From: a virus
Lineage: Duplodnaviria; Caudoviricetes
Reading direction: 5' to 3' (one strand)
Virus record (IMG/VR): IMGVR_UViG_3300016672_000074
Span: 1 to 41,246 of that record
DNA length: 41,246 bases
The position numbers were made by a program, and so were the translations under genes. Below the pieces are notes generated by a model. The model was given only the letters and a program-made list of their open reading frames with translations, made no database searches and was not told where the DNA came from. Shown piece by piece: positions 15,583 to 24,877 of this stretch; the stretch's first letter is position 1; every line of letters begins with the position of its first letter.

Positions 15583-16223
15583 TCCAGATACCCTTCGCGC
15601 GCCCACTCGGCGTCGGACTTGTAGTTCGGCATGATGCGCTCGTTGCTGTTCTCGGCGTCGGCAATGGCTTCCAGCTTGGCGACCAGCGCCTTCTGCTCAA
15701 GGCGCGCGACGGCATTGGCCGACAGCTTGCCGAGCGGAGTTGCGAGGCGCGCGGTCAGTTCGCTGACAAAGGCAAGGCGCATCGCTGGCGAGAGGTCGTT
15801 CGCGGTCATCGTGTTCTTGATGAAGACCAGCGTGGCGTCCTTGACGTTTGAATAGACCTTCCCCCCTTCAATCAGGAAGCCGATGCGCGCCCGATCCTGA
15901 TGCGGCAGGGTGAAGGGTGGCGAGTGCTCGGGCGCGATCACGAGGTCTTCCTCAACGCGCCGGATCGCGACGGGATTGGCAAAGTCGGCGGGCAGGGCGT
16001 AGGCGTAAAGCCATTCTGCGGGGCGGTCGTTCGGAACACCGGCCAGCACTTCCCTCTTCACCATGCTCGGCCAGTGGCACCAGTCAGCCATTTCCTCAAG
16101 CACCTCTGGTGCGTGGAGCGCGCAGTATTCGGCCTCAAGGCTCCCTTCATCGAGCGAGGTGATCGACCCCTTGGCGATGCGTGACAGGGCGAGGTTGCAG
16201 GCGGTGATAAGGGCGGCGCTCAT
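15579..16223 (-). CDS. Tail tubular protein A (adaptor)
   Basis: CNLALSRI...ITSLDEGSLEAEYC and WLYAYALPAD motifs; RBS CAGGAG before ATG 16223. Confidence 0.8.
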   Translation of the reverse strand: MSAALITACNLALSRIAKGSITSLDEGSLEAEYCALHAPEVLEEMADWCHWPSMVKREVLAGVPNDRPAEWLYAYALPADFANPVAIRRVEEDLVIAPEHSPPFTLPHQDRARIGFLIEGGKVYSNVKDATLVFIKNTMTANDLSPAMRLAFVSELTARLATPLGKLSANAVARLEQKALVAKLEAIADAENSNERIMPNYKSDAEWAREGYLE

Positions 16224-16234
16224 GCTGGCTCCTG

Positions 16235-16513
16235 TCAGGACGTGGTGGTGAGAGAAACCCTGCTGTTGCCGACGCCGCGCGTGCGAACCCAAATCTGTGC
16301 GGCGTTGAATTTGAAGCGTTCGCGCGGGCGGAAGATCATCCCGGTGGTGGAGGCCCGGTCGGGCGCGCTGCCGGATGCCTTGACGACAACCTCCACGTCC
16401 ACTGCGCCGACATTCTGAACTTCGCCATCGACGCTGGCAGCGTCCACAATGGTAGCGACGATGTTCTGGAAGGTCGGGGTCACATCGAAGTGGGGAAGGG
16501 TTGCGGTTGCCAT
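16235..16513 (-). CDS. Hypothetical beta-rich protein, possibly virion-associated
   Basis: 92 aa with strong RBS CAGGAGG, inside the structural operon. Confidence 0.6.
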   Translation of the reverse strand: MATATLPHFDVTPTFQNIVATIVDAASVDGEVQNVGAVDVEVVVKASGSAPDRASTTGMIFRPRERFKFNAAQIWVRTRGVGNSRVSLTTTS

Positions 16514-16534
16514 ATTGCCTCCTGTGTCGCGCCT

Positions 16535-16666
16535 CTATGGCTCTTTAGGCACAGGCGTTGAATCGTCTTCTGGCGGCGGCTCTTCGACGATGCGCGTGGG
16601 AGAGTTCTGCTGCGGCAACCGCACCGGCTGGCGCGTGCCGAGATTGAGGGTGCGTGACTGATACAT
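16535..16666 (-). CDS. Small hypothetical protein (43 aa, MYQSRTLNLG...)
   Basis: RBS CAGGAGAG before ATG 16666, just after a terminator. Confidence 0.35.
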   Translation of the reverse strand: MYQSRTLNLGTRQPVRLPQQNSPTRIVEEPPPEDDSTPVPKEP

Positions 16667-16679
16667 GGCGCTCTCCTGC

Positions 16680-16714
16680 AAAAAGGGGTCGGAAGCTGCG
16701 GCACTCCCGACCCC
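16680..16714 (-). terminator. Rho-independent terminator after the capsid/cement genes
   Basis: Minus strand reads GGGGTCGGGAG-loop-CTTCCGACCCC followed by TTTTT. Confidence 0.7.
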
Positions 16715-16740
16715 TCCCCGTGACGCCCCCGAGGGGGGGA

Positions 16741-17061
16741 TCAGTCTTCGGCGGCGTCCACCGGCTCCATCCACGAACCCTTCGGCTGCGTGGTGGTGAA
16801 GATCGTGCCAGCCGGGATGAAGCCCTGCGTGAGATCGGTGCCGTCCATCAGCGCGCGATAGGTCTTCGGCTCCTTCGAGCGCGCGGCGATGACGGCCTTG
16901 CTGGCTTCGTCGTTGTTGAGCACGGCGAACGGCTTGGGCTTCGGCTGCGCGGCGACCATTGCGGTCAGGGTTTCGATCTGCGCCTTGAGCGCGGCAAGCT
17001 CGGCATCCTGCGCGGCGTTTTTGCCAGTCGGGCGCGAGGTTTCGGCAGTCTTCTCGGTCAT
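16741..17061 (-). CDS. Hypothetical head-region protein with short coiled coil
   Basis: 106 aa, RBS GAGGA, ELAALKAQIETLTA heptads; follows the cement gene. Confidence 0.65.
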   Translation of the reverse strand: MTEKTAETSRPTGKNAAQDAELAALKAQIETLTAMVAAQPKPKPFAVLNNDEASKAVIAARSKEPKTYRALMDGTDLTQGFIPAGTIFTTTQPKGSWMEPVDAAED

Positions 17062-17131
17062 CGTGTTGTCCTCGATTGCGGGTTGCTGAAGCGGCGACCC
17101 CGAGGGCTATACCCCGAGGTCGCCTATGGCG

Positions 17132-17572
17132 TCAGAAGTGGCGCGCGAAGTTGGTCTGGCGGGCCGCGACGATACCGGCAGTGATCGCGCCGGTCGTCGG
17201 ATTGGTGCCGACGACATCGTAGAACAGACGAACGTAACGCTCGTCGGTGCCTTCGAGCAGGGCGTCGGGGAACGAAAGCTCCCTGCCTGCCGTCAGTTCA
17301 GCGAGCGCGAAGGTCTTGGAGGCGATCTCCTTCGGCGAGGCGAAGTTCTCGACGCTATCGCTCTGAAGCGAGATCGTGAGGCCGGTCAGCGTGTTGAAGT
17401 TCGCGGTGACGAACACGAACAGGGGGATTTTCTTTCCCTTGCCGAAGTCGGCCACGAGCTTGCGCCCACCGTGGGGCGTCCCGGTGTTGCCGAGATCGAC
17501 CACGTTGGTCGAGGCGGCATCCGCCGTGATCGCCTGCGCATCGCTGAAGAGCAGCGTGTTGTCGAAGATCAT
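17132..17572 (-). CDS. Bbp16-like capsid cement protein
   Basis: MIFDNTLLFSDAQAITADAASTNVVDLG...RYVRLFYDVVGTNPTTGAITAGIV, directly after the major capsid gene. Confidence 0.85.
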   Translation of the reverse strand: MIFDNTLLFSDAQAITADAASTNVVDLGNTGTPHGGRKLVADFGKGKKIPLFVFVTANFNTLTGLTISLQSDSVENFASPKEIASKTFALAELTAGRELSFPDALLEGTDERYVRLFYDVVGTNPTTGAITAGIVAARQTNFARHF

Positions 17573-17601
17573 GTTTCAGTCCTTTCCTGTCAGGCCGGGG
17601 A

Positions 17602-18627
17602 TCACGAGATCGCGGCTTCGGTGTTCAAAAGAGCGTCGGTTTCGCGGATCGGCACGCCGCGCCACGTCAGGACTTCCTCACCCTGAATTTCCATGCGCGA
17701 CAGGCGCAGGACGGAGTTCAGGGCCGCGCCGCCCGAGGGGCGGTTGGTCGCGAGGTTGTCGAGCACTTCGAGCATGGTGCGGTTCATGTAGATGACCGTG
17801 CGGCCCTGCATCGGCATCCCCGCGCTGTCGAACTTGTAGTGGCGACGGCCTTGCAGCTTGTAGAACAGGGCGGTCAGCAGGCGGTAGAGATCGACGCTAC
17901 CGGCCTGCGCGTCCGACACGTCGATGTTGGCGATGCGCCCGGTGTAGCGCCAATCCTTGACCGCGATGCCAACGTGCTGCTCGAACTTCTCTTCGCGCAC
18001 GTAGTAGGGGTTGTTGTTGGCATCGAGCACGCGCTGACGGCCCATGTCCTCCTGCGTCACCCCGGCAGGCACGCCCTCGGGGGTGATGATGCTGGTCATG
18101 CCGTCGCCGTGCGTGACCATCCAGATCGAGGTGTTGTCCGAGCCGACACCGCCGCCGCCGACCACACAGGGGTTGGCGAGGGTGTTGTAGCGCGGGGCGA
18201 GGCCGTGGAACTTCTTGCCGTTCACGCGAACGTCCGAATACCAGATCGAGCTTTCGACCTCCTGCGCGATGCTTTCGAGGAAGGCACGGCCTTCGCTCGC
18301 ACGCATCAGGCGGGCCTTCTCGCCGTAGAGCTTGAGCAGGCGCTCGTCCACGCTCGACAGACCCTCGACGAAGCCGGTGGTGTCTTCCACCTCGGTCATC
18401 TGGCTCTTCGACTGCGGGATGCCCTGATAGAGCGCGCCCCACGAGACGGCGGGCAGGCCGGTGCGGATCGCGTGCTTGTGCTTGGTGCCGCTGTTGCAGG
18501 TGATGACGTTCGCATCACGCATGAACGGCGAAAGCTGGTGCAGAGCCTCGACGATCTCGTAGAGGCCGTTTTCGCCCTTCTTCATCTGGTCGATGAGGTT
18601 CAGGTAGGTGGTGCCGAGAGTTGCCAT
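17602..18627 (-). CDS. Major capsid protein (BPP-1 Bbp17/epsilon15 type)
   Basis: 341 aa with RTGLP, FHGLAPRYN, DNTSIW, DWRY..RIANID and GVPIRETDALLNTEA. Confidence 0.9.
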   Translation of the reverse strand: MATLGTTYLNLIDQMKKGENGLYEIVEALHQLSPFMRDANVITCNSGTKHKHAIRTGLPAVSWGALYQGIPQSKSQMTEVEDTTGFVEGLSSVDERLLKLYGEKARLMRASEGRAFLESIAQEVESSIWYSDVRVNGKKFHGLAPRYNTLANPCVVGGGGVGSDNTSIWMVTHGDGMTSIITPEGVPAGVTQEDMGRQRVLDANNNPYYVREEKFEQHVGIAVKDWRYTGRIANIDVSDAQAGSVDLYRLLTALFYKLQGRRHYKFDSAGMPMQGRTVIYMNRTMLEVLDNLATNRPSGGAALNSVLRLSRMEIQGEEVLTWRGVPIRETDALLNTEAAIS

Positions 18628-18641
18628 TTCGATGTTTCCCT

Positions 18642-19337
18642 TCAGTCGTCTTTGTAGAGGTCAGTGTGGCCGACCGTCTTGGTTTCACTCACCCCACCGG
18701 GGTCTGCGAAGTTGCCTTCCTCGGACAGCAGCGAGCCGAGCCGGAAGAACGTGGCAATCATGTCAGGGTGGTTGCCGAACCCGGTCGCGTCGAGCAGCGC
18801 GCGGAACGGATGGCCCTGCGTGAAGCCAAGCGCATCCATCGCCTTTGCTGCGGTGTGCAGTGTGGCCGCGGCCTTCGCGCCACCAAGCTCGCTGGCGTTG
18901 AACTCGTCGAGCCAGAGCTTCTTCGTTTCGGCAAGCATCTGCTCATTCGCGGCCTCAACCGCCTGCTGGCCGCGCTCCATGAACTTGACCGCCAGCGGGG
19001 CCAGCTTGTTTACCGCCTCGTTCGAGAGGCCGAGTTCTTTCAGGACAGGGGTAGCCTCGTTCAGCGCGTCGGCGTCGAGCGCGATCTCGTTTCCCTGCGC
19101 GTCCTTCAGCGCGATCTCGTAGGCTTCGGGCGGGCCAGCAGCCTCGCCGCCTTCGCCCGGATCGCCGCTTCCACCTTCCGCCGCTTCCTTGCCCGCGCCG
19201 CCCAAAAGGGAGGTTTCATCTGCGCCCGCCTCCGCTGCCGTTTCAGTTGCGGTGCTGGTGTCAGTCGTCTCGGTCGCGACCGGATCGGTCGGCGTCGAGG
19301 TCTGCGTATCGGTCGTCATTTCGGTTGCGTCTGCCAC
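18642..19337 (-). CDS. Capsid scaffolding protein
   Basis: Acidic T/E/A-rich N-terminus, PEAYE motif, GFGNHPDMI..F.RLG..LSE. GTG start after AAGGAG; directly upstream of the capsid gene. Confidence 0.75.
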   Translation of the reverse strand: MADATEMTTDTQTSTPTDPVATETTDTSTATETAAEAGADETSLLGGAGKEAAEGGSGDPGEGGEAAGPPEAYEIALKDAQGNEIALDADALNEATPVLKELGLSNEAVNKLAPLAVKFMERGQQAVEAANEQMLAETKKLWLDEFNASELGGAKAAATLHTAAKAMDALGFTQGHPFRALLDATGFGNHPDMIATFFRLGSLLSEEGNFADPGGVSETKTVGHTDLYKDD

Positions 19338-19629
19338 GGGTCTTCTCCTTGGGGTTGATGGCTTCATGGATAACTGCGTTGAGAGTCATCAGAGGCAGGC
19401 CGTCAGGGGAGCGCAATGCGTCCGGCTGGCCCTGCTCGATCATCAGCAGTTGTTCATGCCCCAAGCTGCGGCGTCCCGAGTGCCATTCGAGGCTCTGGTC
19501 ACGCACTGTTCGCCCATCGGCTGCTTCGTTATTGCCGATGATGCCTGCGCTTTGAATCACGGCGTAGAGATACCGCAGGAACTCGGGGCGGGAGAGCAGG
19601 AACTCTGCGTCCTGTTTGTCGAAGCTCAT
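19261..19629 (-). CDS. Bbp19-like protein
   Basis: D..FLLSRPEFLRYL...GI and GRRSLG motifs, between portal and scaffold. Confidence 0.65.
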   Translation of the reverse strand: MSFDKQDAEFLLSRPEFLRYLYAVIQSAGIIGNNEAADGRTVRDQSLEWHSGRRSLGHEQLLMIEQGQPDALRSPDGLPLMTLNAVIHEAINPKEKTRGRRNRNDDRYADLDADRSGRDRDD

Positions 19630-21326
19630 ACCGGCAACTGCGTCGGCAGTTCACCGCGCCCAAGGTTGGCATCAGCTTCGGACAGAAGGCGCGCTGCTTC
19701 AGCGCCATCGCGCATGGCCGGGGCCATTTCCGCCATCTGCGCCATCTGCTGCGCCTGCGCTCGGGCGTTGCGATCCTCTTCGACTTCCTTGGCCGAGCGG
19801 ATGATCCGTGCCGGAGCGCCAGCGCGGTCGGCGTAGTCGTCGATGAGTTCGTCCACGTCGAGCTTGTCGAGCGCGTTGGGATTGACGCCAGCGAGGTTGC
19901 CGATGAAGGCGGAGGTGCGTTCGAGGCTCCCGATGCCCACCATGCGCTGCATCTGCGTGAGGATCGAGATGAACTCGATCTTGATCTCGCGATCAGCCAG
20001 TTCCTCCGGCACAGGCGGCAGCAGCCCGCCGCGCAGCATGATGCCGTAGGTGCGCTCGATGATGGGGCGCAGCTTCTCGTTCGATACGCGCTCGATCACG
20101 GGGCCAAGCTGCGTCAGCTTTTCCTCGTTGCGGGCTGCGATCTCTTCGACCGTGCGCGGCTGGATGCCCTGCATATTGGTGATCGCATTGAACAGTTCGG
20201 CGTAGGTCAGCGCGTCGATCTCGCGTTCCAGCTTCTCACGCTCTTCGCGCAGCGCCTGCACCGCCTGCCACTCGGGGACGTAGGGAACGACGAAGTTCTC
20301 CTTGGTCATGCCGGATGCCGACACGACACGCCCCGGCTGGCCGGTCAGGCGCACGCTGGCCGGAGCGACCATTTCGGGCCTCACCAGCTTGTCCACCAAC
20401 TCATTGCGGCGGCGGGCCTGAAGCTGAAGCTCGCGCACGGCAGGCAGGGCTTCCATCCCCGGCGAGGTGCCGTAGGTTTCGCCGCTCGCCACGTCCCACC
20501 GCGCGGCCCAAAACGGTTGGTCGTAGAAGCCCCTGACCGAGACGATCCCGCCGCCAGTGCCATCGCTCGCGGCCTGCTTCTGGTCGTCGGCGTCCCAATA
20601 GACCGAGCGCCACGGGAACTGCCCGAACTGGCCAGAGAAGTCGCTGTTCGGCTCGATGGCTTGGAAGTAGTTGACGATCTGCGTGTATTGGGAGTTGTCG
20701 TAAAGCTGGCGGATGCGCTGCGACACGCGATTGCCGAACATCTGCACCGCCTCGCGAACGGTGAGCGGGCAGGCGCGGTAGAGCACGTCAGGCTCGCGGT
20801 GGTCGCCGCAAGCGATCCAGTATTCGCCGAAGGTGAAATTGTGGCACACCATGCCGCGATCCCGATGCTCCATCATCAGGCAGGCTTCGGTGCCGAACAG
20901 GCCGTTCTCGGCGTAGCCGATCTTGGCAGCGCCGTAGAAGTTGCTCTTCGCGAGGAAGGCATACATTCGGCGCTCGACCTCGGAGAGCCAGTCGCGCACG
21001 CCGGGGCGATCCTTCAGGTTCTCGTCTTCGAGGCCGAGCACGAACCACGGGCGCGAGGCGCTGGTGAGGCCGCTGGTCATGCCGTGCGTCAGGGTGCGTG
21101 CGGCCTTCAGGCCGTAGGTGTCGGCGAGCTTGCTGTTCCAGTGGCGGCGCACGCCACGATTGGTCTGGTTGCGGTTGCCAGCCGCGCCCCGGTCGCTGGT
21201 GAGGAAGCGCGAGCGGTGGGGCTGCATGAAGCGCGCGATCTCAAGGCACTCGGGATCGTAGTCCTCGCGCAGCCTCTTGAGCGATTGCAACCGCTCTTCG
21301 CACTTCTCTCGCAGGTTCTTCGCCAT
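19626..21326 (-). CDS. Portal (head-tail connector) protein
   Basis: 566 aa with GMTSGLTSASRPWF, SNFY, RWDV..GETYGTSPGMEAL, EKLTQLGPVIER. Confidence 0.92.
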   Translation of the reverse strand: MAKNLREKCEERLQSLKRLREDYDPECLEIARFMQPHRSRFLTSDRGAAGNRNQTNRGVRRHWNSKLADTYGLKAARTLTHGMTSGLTSASRPWFVLGLEDENLKDRPGVRDWLSEVERRMYAFLAKSNFYGAAKIGYAENGLFGTEACLMMEHRDRGMVCHNFTFGEYWIACGDHREPDVLYRACPLTVREAVQMFGNRVSQRIRQLYDNSQYTQIVNYFQAIEPNSDFSGQFGQFPWRSVYWDADDQKQAASDGTGGGIVSVRGFYDQPFWAARWDVASGETYGTSPGMEALPAVRELQLQARRRNELVDKLVRPEMVAPASVRLTGQPGRVVSASGMTKENFVVPYVPEWQAVQALREEREKLEREIDALTYAELFNAITNMQGIQPRTVEEIAARNEEKLTQLGPVIERVSNEKLRPIIERTYGIMLRGGLLPPVPEELADREIKIEFISILTQMQRMVGIGSLERTSAFIGNLAGVNPNALDKLDVDELIDDYADRAGAPARIIRSAKEVEEDRNARAQAQQMAQMAEMAPAMRDGAEAARLLSEADANLGRGELPTQLPV

Positions 21327-21514
21327 CAGACCCCGAGGGTGGGCTTCGCCACGTTGGGGTTGCCGAGCGCGCCCGCTGCTGCCCCCTTGAGGCCAGCGAA
21401 CATGGCGCGGCGCATCATGCGCTTGCGGTCATCGGCGGTGACGGGCGAGCCGCTGTCGGGCAGCTTGGTCTGCTGCCGTTCGGGCACCACGGCAATGTCG
21501 GGGGTCGAGCAGAT
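21326..21514 (-). CDS. Small pre-portal protein (62 aa, xCSTPDIAVVPER...KPTLGV) with apparent ATC start; absent from the ORF track
   Basis: CAGGAGG-CCACC-ATC-TGC-TCG opens a frame whose TGA overlaps the portal ATG. Confidence 0.65.
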   Translation of the reverse strand: MCSTPDIAVVPERQQTKLPDSGSPVTADDRKRMMRRAMFAGLKGAAAGALGNPNVAKPTLGV

Positions 21515-21595
21515 GGTGGCCTCCTGTGGCTGTCGCCGGGAGGATTACCTGTCGCGGGTGGCGGGTTGAATCAGTGGCGCGCTCGGGGAAGCTCG

Positions 21596-21739
21596 TCAGC
21601 CGTTCTTGAGGTAGTCCACGGTCAGCGCGACATCGCGGGCCGAAAGCACCACCTGATCCTTCTCGTCATCGCTCATCGGGTAGCGCGGCAGCGAGCCGTG
21701 CAGCCGTTCGATCAGTTCCTGTCGTTTCTTGTCGGCCAT
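21596..21739 (-). CDS. Hypothetical protein (47 aa)
   Basis: MADKKRQELIERL..., RBS GAGGTG. Confidence 0.5.
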   Translation of the reverse strand: MADKKRQELIERLHGSLPRYPMSDDEKDQVVLSARDVALTVDYLKNG

Positions 21740-21740
21740 G

Positions 21741-21962
21741 TCACACCTCGCTGTAGCGGTCAGGCACCGGGTTCGGTTCGACGGGTGGCGGCGCGGGGAG
21801 CGGGCTGTCGTCCTGCCTCCACCGCCTGAACAGCGCGGGCCGGTTGCGCTGAAGCCACATTCGATCATGCCCCGCCATAGCCTGCCGCGCCAGCCACTGA
21901 TCGAAGGGGTGCTCGGGCAGCAGGATAGGGCCGGGAGGTGGGGGGGTCGAGGGGTTGGTCAT
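21741..21962 (-). CDS. Hypothetical Pro-rich protein
   Basis: 73 aa; ATGA overlap with the upstream gene. Confidence 0.5.
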   Translation of the reverse strand: MTNPSTPPPPGPILLPEHPFDQWLARQAMAGHDRMWLQRNRPALFRRWRQDDSPLPAPPPVEPNPVPDRYSEV

Positions 21963-22486
21963 TTCGGTTCAAGCCTGACCACGTTGTCGCCCCCGCCCCC
22001 TTCAGGCGGTGAAGTTTCAATTGACGCATAGAGCGGATCGACAATTCCCTCGCCGTCCAAGAACGCACTGATGGCGGCGTCAGCGTATTCGCAGACCAGC
22101 GTGTGAATGTCGCCATGATCGAGGTGCGGCTCTGCGGCCATCTTGATCGGGAGCCAAACAGCATAGGCCGTCGCCCACACCGTTGCCTTGATCTGCATTT
22201 GGCGAAAGGCGATCTCGTCGTCCAGCGTGGCGGTGTAGCTCATGCGTTCACTCCCACGATCTCCACGATGCTCGACGCGCCGTTGCGCTCGCACATGATC
22301 GTCCCCCATTCGGCCTTCGAGCACCAGCACCACGATCCCGCCGTCACTCTGCTCCGATCCGATGATCTCGAACGGGCAGATCGTGGCGAACATGGGCAAC
22401 ATGGAAGGGCTGACCTTCACCTTGATGCGGGTGCGGTTGGGTTCAATGATGGGCAGGTGGCCCCCGATGATAGGCAGGTTGGTCAT
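21959..22486 (-). CDS. Hypothetical protein
   Basis: 175 aa; RBS GAAGGAGA. Confidence 0.6.
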   Translation of the reverse strand: MTNLPIIGGHLPIIEPNRTRIKVKVSPSMLPMFATICPFEIIGSEQSDGGIVVLVLEGRMGDDHVRAQRRVEHRGDRGSERMSYTATLDDEIAFRQMQIKATVWATAYAVWLPIKMAAEPHLDHGDIHTLVCEYADAAISAFLDGEGIVDPLYASIETSPPEGGGGDNVVRLEPK

Positions 22487-22504
22487 GCGTCTTCTCCTTC
22501 GTCT

Positions 22505-24103
22505 TCAGTCAAGCTCGGCGTAGCGATCCCCCTCGATGCGGGCCTGCACCATTTCCTCATACGTCTCATGCTTCAGCGTTGCCATGTTGGCAAGGCAGCA
22601 GGCGTCCCCGTCATCCGGCGAGCGCCCGAGTTCTTTCTTCTGCTGCTCCTTCGGCATGATGAAGATGCCGCCCGGTCGAAGCTCCCATTTGTAGCTCGCC
22701 AAGTCCTGCGCCAGCTTAGGGTCGGGCGGTAGGTAGGTTGGGTGCGGGTTGGTCGGATCGAGTGCTTCGCGCATCCGCCAGATCACCTCGGCGCGCTTGT
22801 TGAAGAAACCGAGCGTCCCGTCTGCTGTTCGCTCGATAGAGCCAGAAGCGAAGTTCACCGGCACCGTCTGCACGTCATTGGCCGTGAGGAAGTTGCACAT
22901 GGACAAGCCCCATCCGATCACGTCAGCATGGACTGGTGCCTTGTTGGTGCGATGCTGGATCACCTTGGCTGCGGCCAGCGGGCCAGCGCGCTCCTGCGGC
23001 AACTCGTGGCCGGGGACGCGGATCGGCTCGTCGAACCAGTTACCGTGGCGGCGGTAGATCGGCATAACGTCCTTGCCGCCAGCCACAGGGTCAACGCCCA
23101 TACTGTCCATCACGCCCTTGTCATCGCGCGGCTTCCAGCGAGCCTGCGCGGCCTCGATCCAGCTTGTCGGGATCACCTGCCACGGGTCATCCTCAATGCC
23201 AGCCTTGAAGTCGCCTTCCAGCATCTGCGAGCGCAAAGGCTCGGGCAGGGCTTGCAGCGTGGCGATGTAGCCAGAGCGAACGTAGAAGTAGTTGTCCTTG
23301 GTGCGCGAGGGGATGAAGGTGCGCGAGCGCGGAGTGATGATCTTCTCAAGCCCGAAGTCAGCCGGGTCGAAGTCGTAAAGCGGCTCGCCCTTGAAGATCA
23401 CAAACGGGTCTGGTGTCTCAACCCACACGTCCCTGCCGCCAATCGTGGTGACATAGCGAAGCTGGCCGGGGTCAGCCTTGAAGGGGTGCGCGTCATCCAG
23501 CCACGGGCCAAAGTATTGCAGAACCCACTGCCCCTCCTTTGTGGTCGGCGGGTTGAACCCCATGAGCACGCGACACCGCTGCGCCGGATCAGATGAGCGG
23601 TTCCAGCCCTTCGTGAAGCGCACCTGAAACTCGCGCATTTCGGTCACTTCGTCGTAGTATTTCAGGTCATGCGCGCGGCCCTGCCACCGCTGGTGGTCGA
23701 GGGGATTATCGAGGCCACCGAACTCGATGATGCGGGTTTTGTCCTCGCCCTTCAGCGTCCAGATGCCCTTCTGCGAGTTGAGGCCGCGCGAGTGGCCGAC
23801 AATCTCGATCATGCGCTGCACGATGCCTTCGGTCTGCGCCTTCTCGCGACGGAAGATCGCAGACTTGGTGTGATCGGTCAGGGCAAGGCCCGCGCCAAGG
23901 TCAGTCTTCCCGCCGCCAGCCGCACCGCCGTAGCCAACCTCATCGGCGAGGCTGTCTGCTGCTTCGGACTGCCTGCCCACCTGTGCGCGCCAGATATGCT
24001 GGCGCAGGTCGCTGTCGAGCAGCCGGTTGATCTCATCCCGCTCTTCGGGCGTGGCAACCTGCCACAGCGCGTCCATCATCGCGGGATCATAGAGGTTACT
24101 CAT
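22505..24103 (-). CDS. terL: Terminase large subunit
   Basis: Walker A YGGAAGGGKT, Walker B YYDEVTE, GFNPP coupling motif, nuclease residues MGVDPVAGGKD and GRSPDDGDA. Confidence 0.92.
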   Translation of the reverse strand: MSNLYDPAMMDALWQVATPEERDEINRLLDSDLRQHIWRAQVGRQSEAADSLADEVGYGGAAGGGKTDLGAGLALTDHTKSAIFRREKAQTEGIVQRMIEIVGHSRGLNSQKGIWTLKGEDKTRIIEFGGLDNPLDHQRWQGRAHDLKYYDEVTEMREFQVRFTKGWNRSSDPAQRCRVLMGFNPPTTKEGQWVLQYFGPWLDDAHPFKADPGQLRYVTTIGGRDVWVETPDPFVIFKGEPLYDFDPADFGLEKIITPRSRTFIPSRTKDNYFYVRSGYIATLQALPEPLRSQMLEGDFKAGIEDDPWQVIPTSWIEAAQARWKPRDDKGVMDSMGVDPVAGGKDVMPIYRRHGNWFDEPIRVPGHELPQERAGPLAAAKVIQHRTNKAPVHADVIGWGLSMCNFLTANDVQTVPVNFASGSIERTADGTLGFFNKRAEVIWRMREALDPTNPHPTYLPPDPKLAQDLASYKWELRPGGIFIMPKEQQKKELGRSPDDGDACCLANMATLKHETYEEMVQARIEGDRYAELD

Positions 24104-24635
24104 CGGAGGATGCCTCAATCCTGCTCTGCAAGCTCTGCATCAAAGCAGCAAGCCGGGTGGCGCGGGTCACGTCATCCAGTTCATCAGAGGGGCGCGTCAG
24201 GGCAATCTCGCCCTCGTGATGCACGTCCACCTGCTTCACGCCATACTTCCGGGGCGCGATCATCTGCGCATACTTGAGGCGCGTCTCGATCTGAAGGCGG
24301 CGGTGGCCGAGAGCTTCCTTGATCGACCGCTTGCGATACGGCCCCTTTGGGCCAATGCCCTCTTCAACCTCGACCGCCTCGACCGGCGTGTCTGCAATCT
24401 GGCGCACCTCCTCCAAGATGGCCTCGACACCGTTCTCTCTGGCGCGCGCGAGATTGTCTCGGATATTTTCGTCAGCCATGTGCCAGCGCCAGAACGTCGC
24501 TTTACTCGGCATCCCCTCATCTTCCGAAAGGACGCTGTTGAGTGAGCGCCCGGACGCTACCTCCACATAGATATGCTGAAGCTGCTCACCCTTGGTGAGT
24601 TCGCGGGGGACGTATGGGACGAGGGCGCGAGACAT
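24096..24635 (-). CDS. terS: Terminase small subunit (Sf6-like)
   Basis: ASGRSLNSVL..EGMPSKATFWRW...ARARE and RLQIETR.KY....APRKYG; overlaps the terL start. Confidence 0.85.
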   Translation of the reverse strand: MSRALVPYVPRELTKGEQLQHIYVEVASGRSLNSVLSEDEGMPSKATFWRWHMADENIRDNLARARENGVEAILEEVRQIADTPVEAVEVEEGIGPKGPYRKRSIKEALGHRRLQIETRLKYAQMIAPRKYGVKQVDVHHEGEIALTRPSDELDDVTRATRLAALMQSLQSRIEASSDE

Positions 24636-24877
24636 CAGTCCACCCTCACCTCGCCATAGGGGATGGTGTATTCGATTTGGATGGGCAGGCCAGCGAACTT
24701 GTCGGGATCGCCGCTGACGATGGGCGCGGGGCGGAAATACTGGCCCATCTGGCGCTCGGTCATCTGTTGCAGCATGAGGCACTTCGTATCGAAGCTCATC
24801 GTGATCGAGGCCGGGAGCCTGCCGCTCTCTCTGATGGCTTTGATCTGGCGCGCGATCTCGGGGACGATCTTGGTCAT
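24635..24877 (-). CDS. Hypothetical protein (80 aa)
   Basis: MTKIVPEIARQ...; coupled at both ends. Confidence 0.55.
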   Translation of the reverse strand: MTKIVPEIARQIKAIRESGRLPASITMSFDTKCLMLQQMTERQMGQYFRPAPIVSGDPDKFAGLPIQIEYTIPYGEVRVD

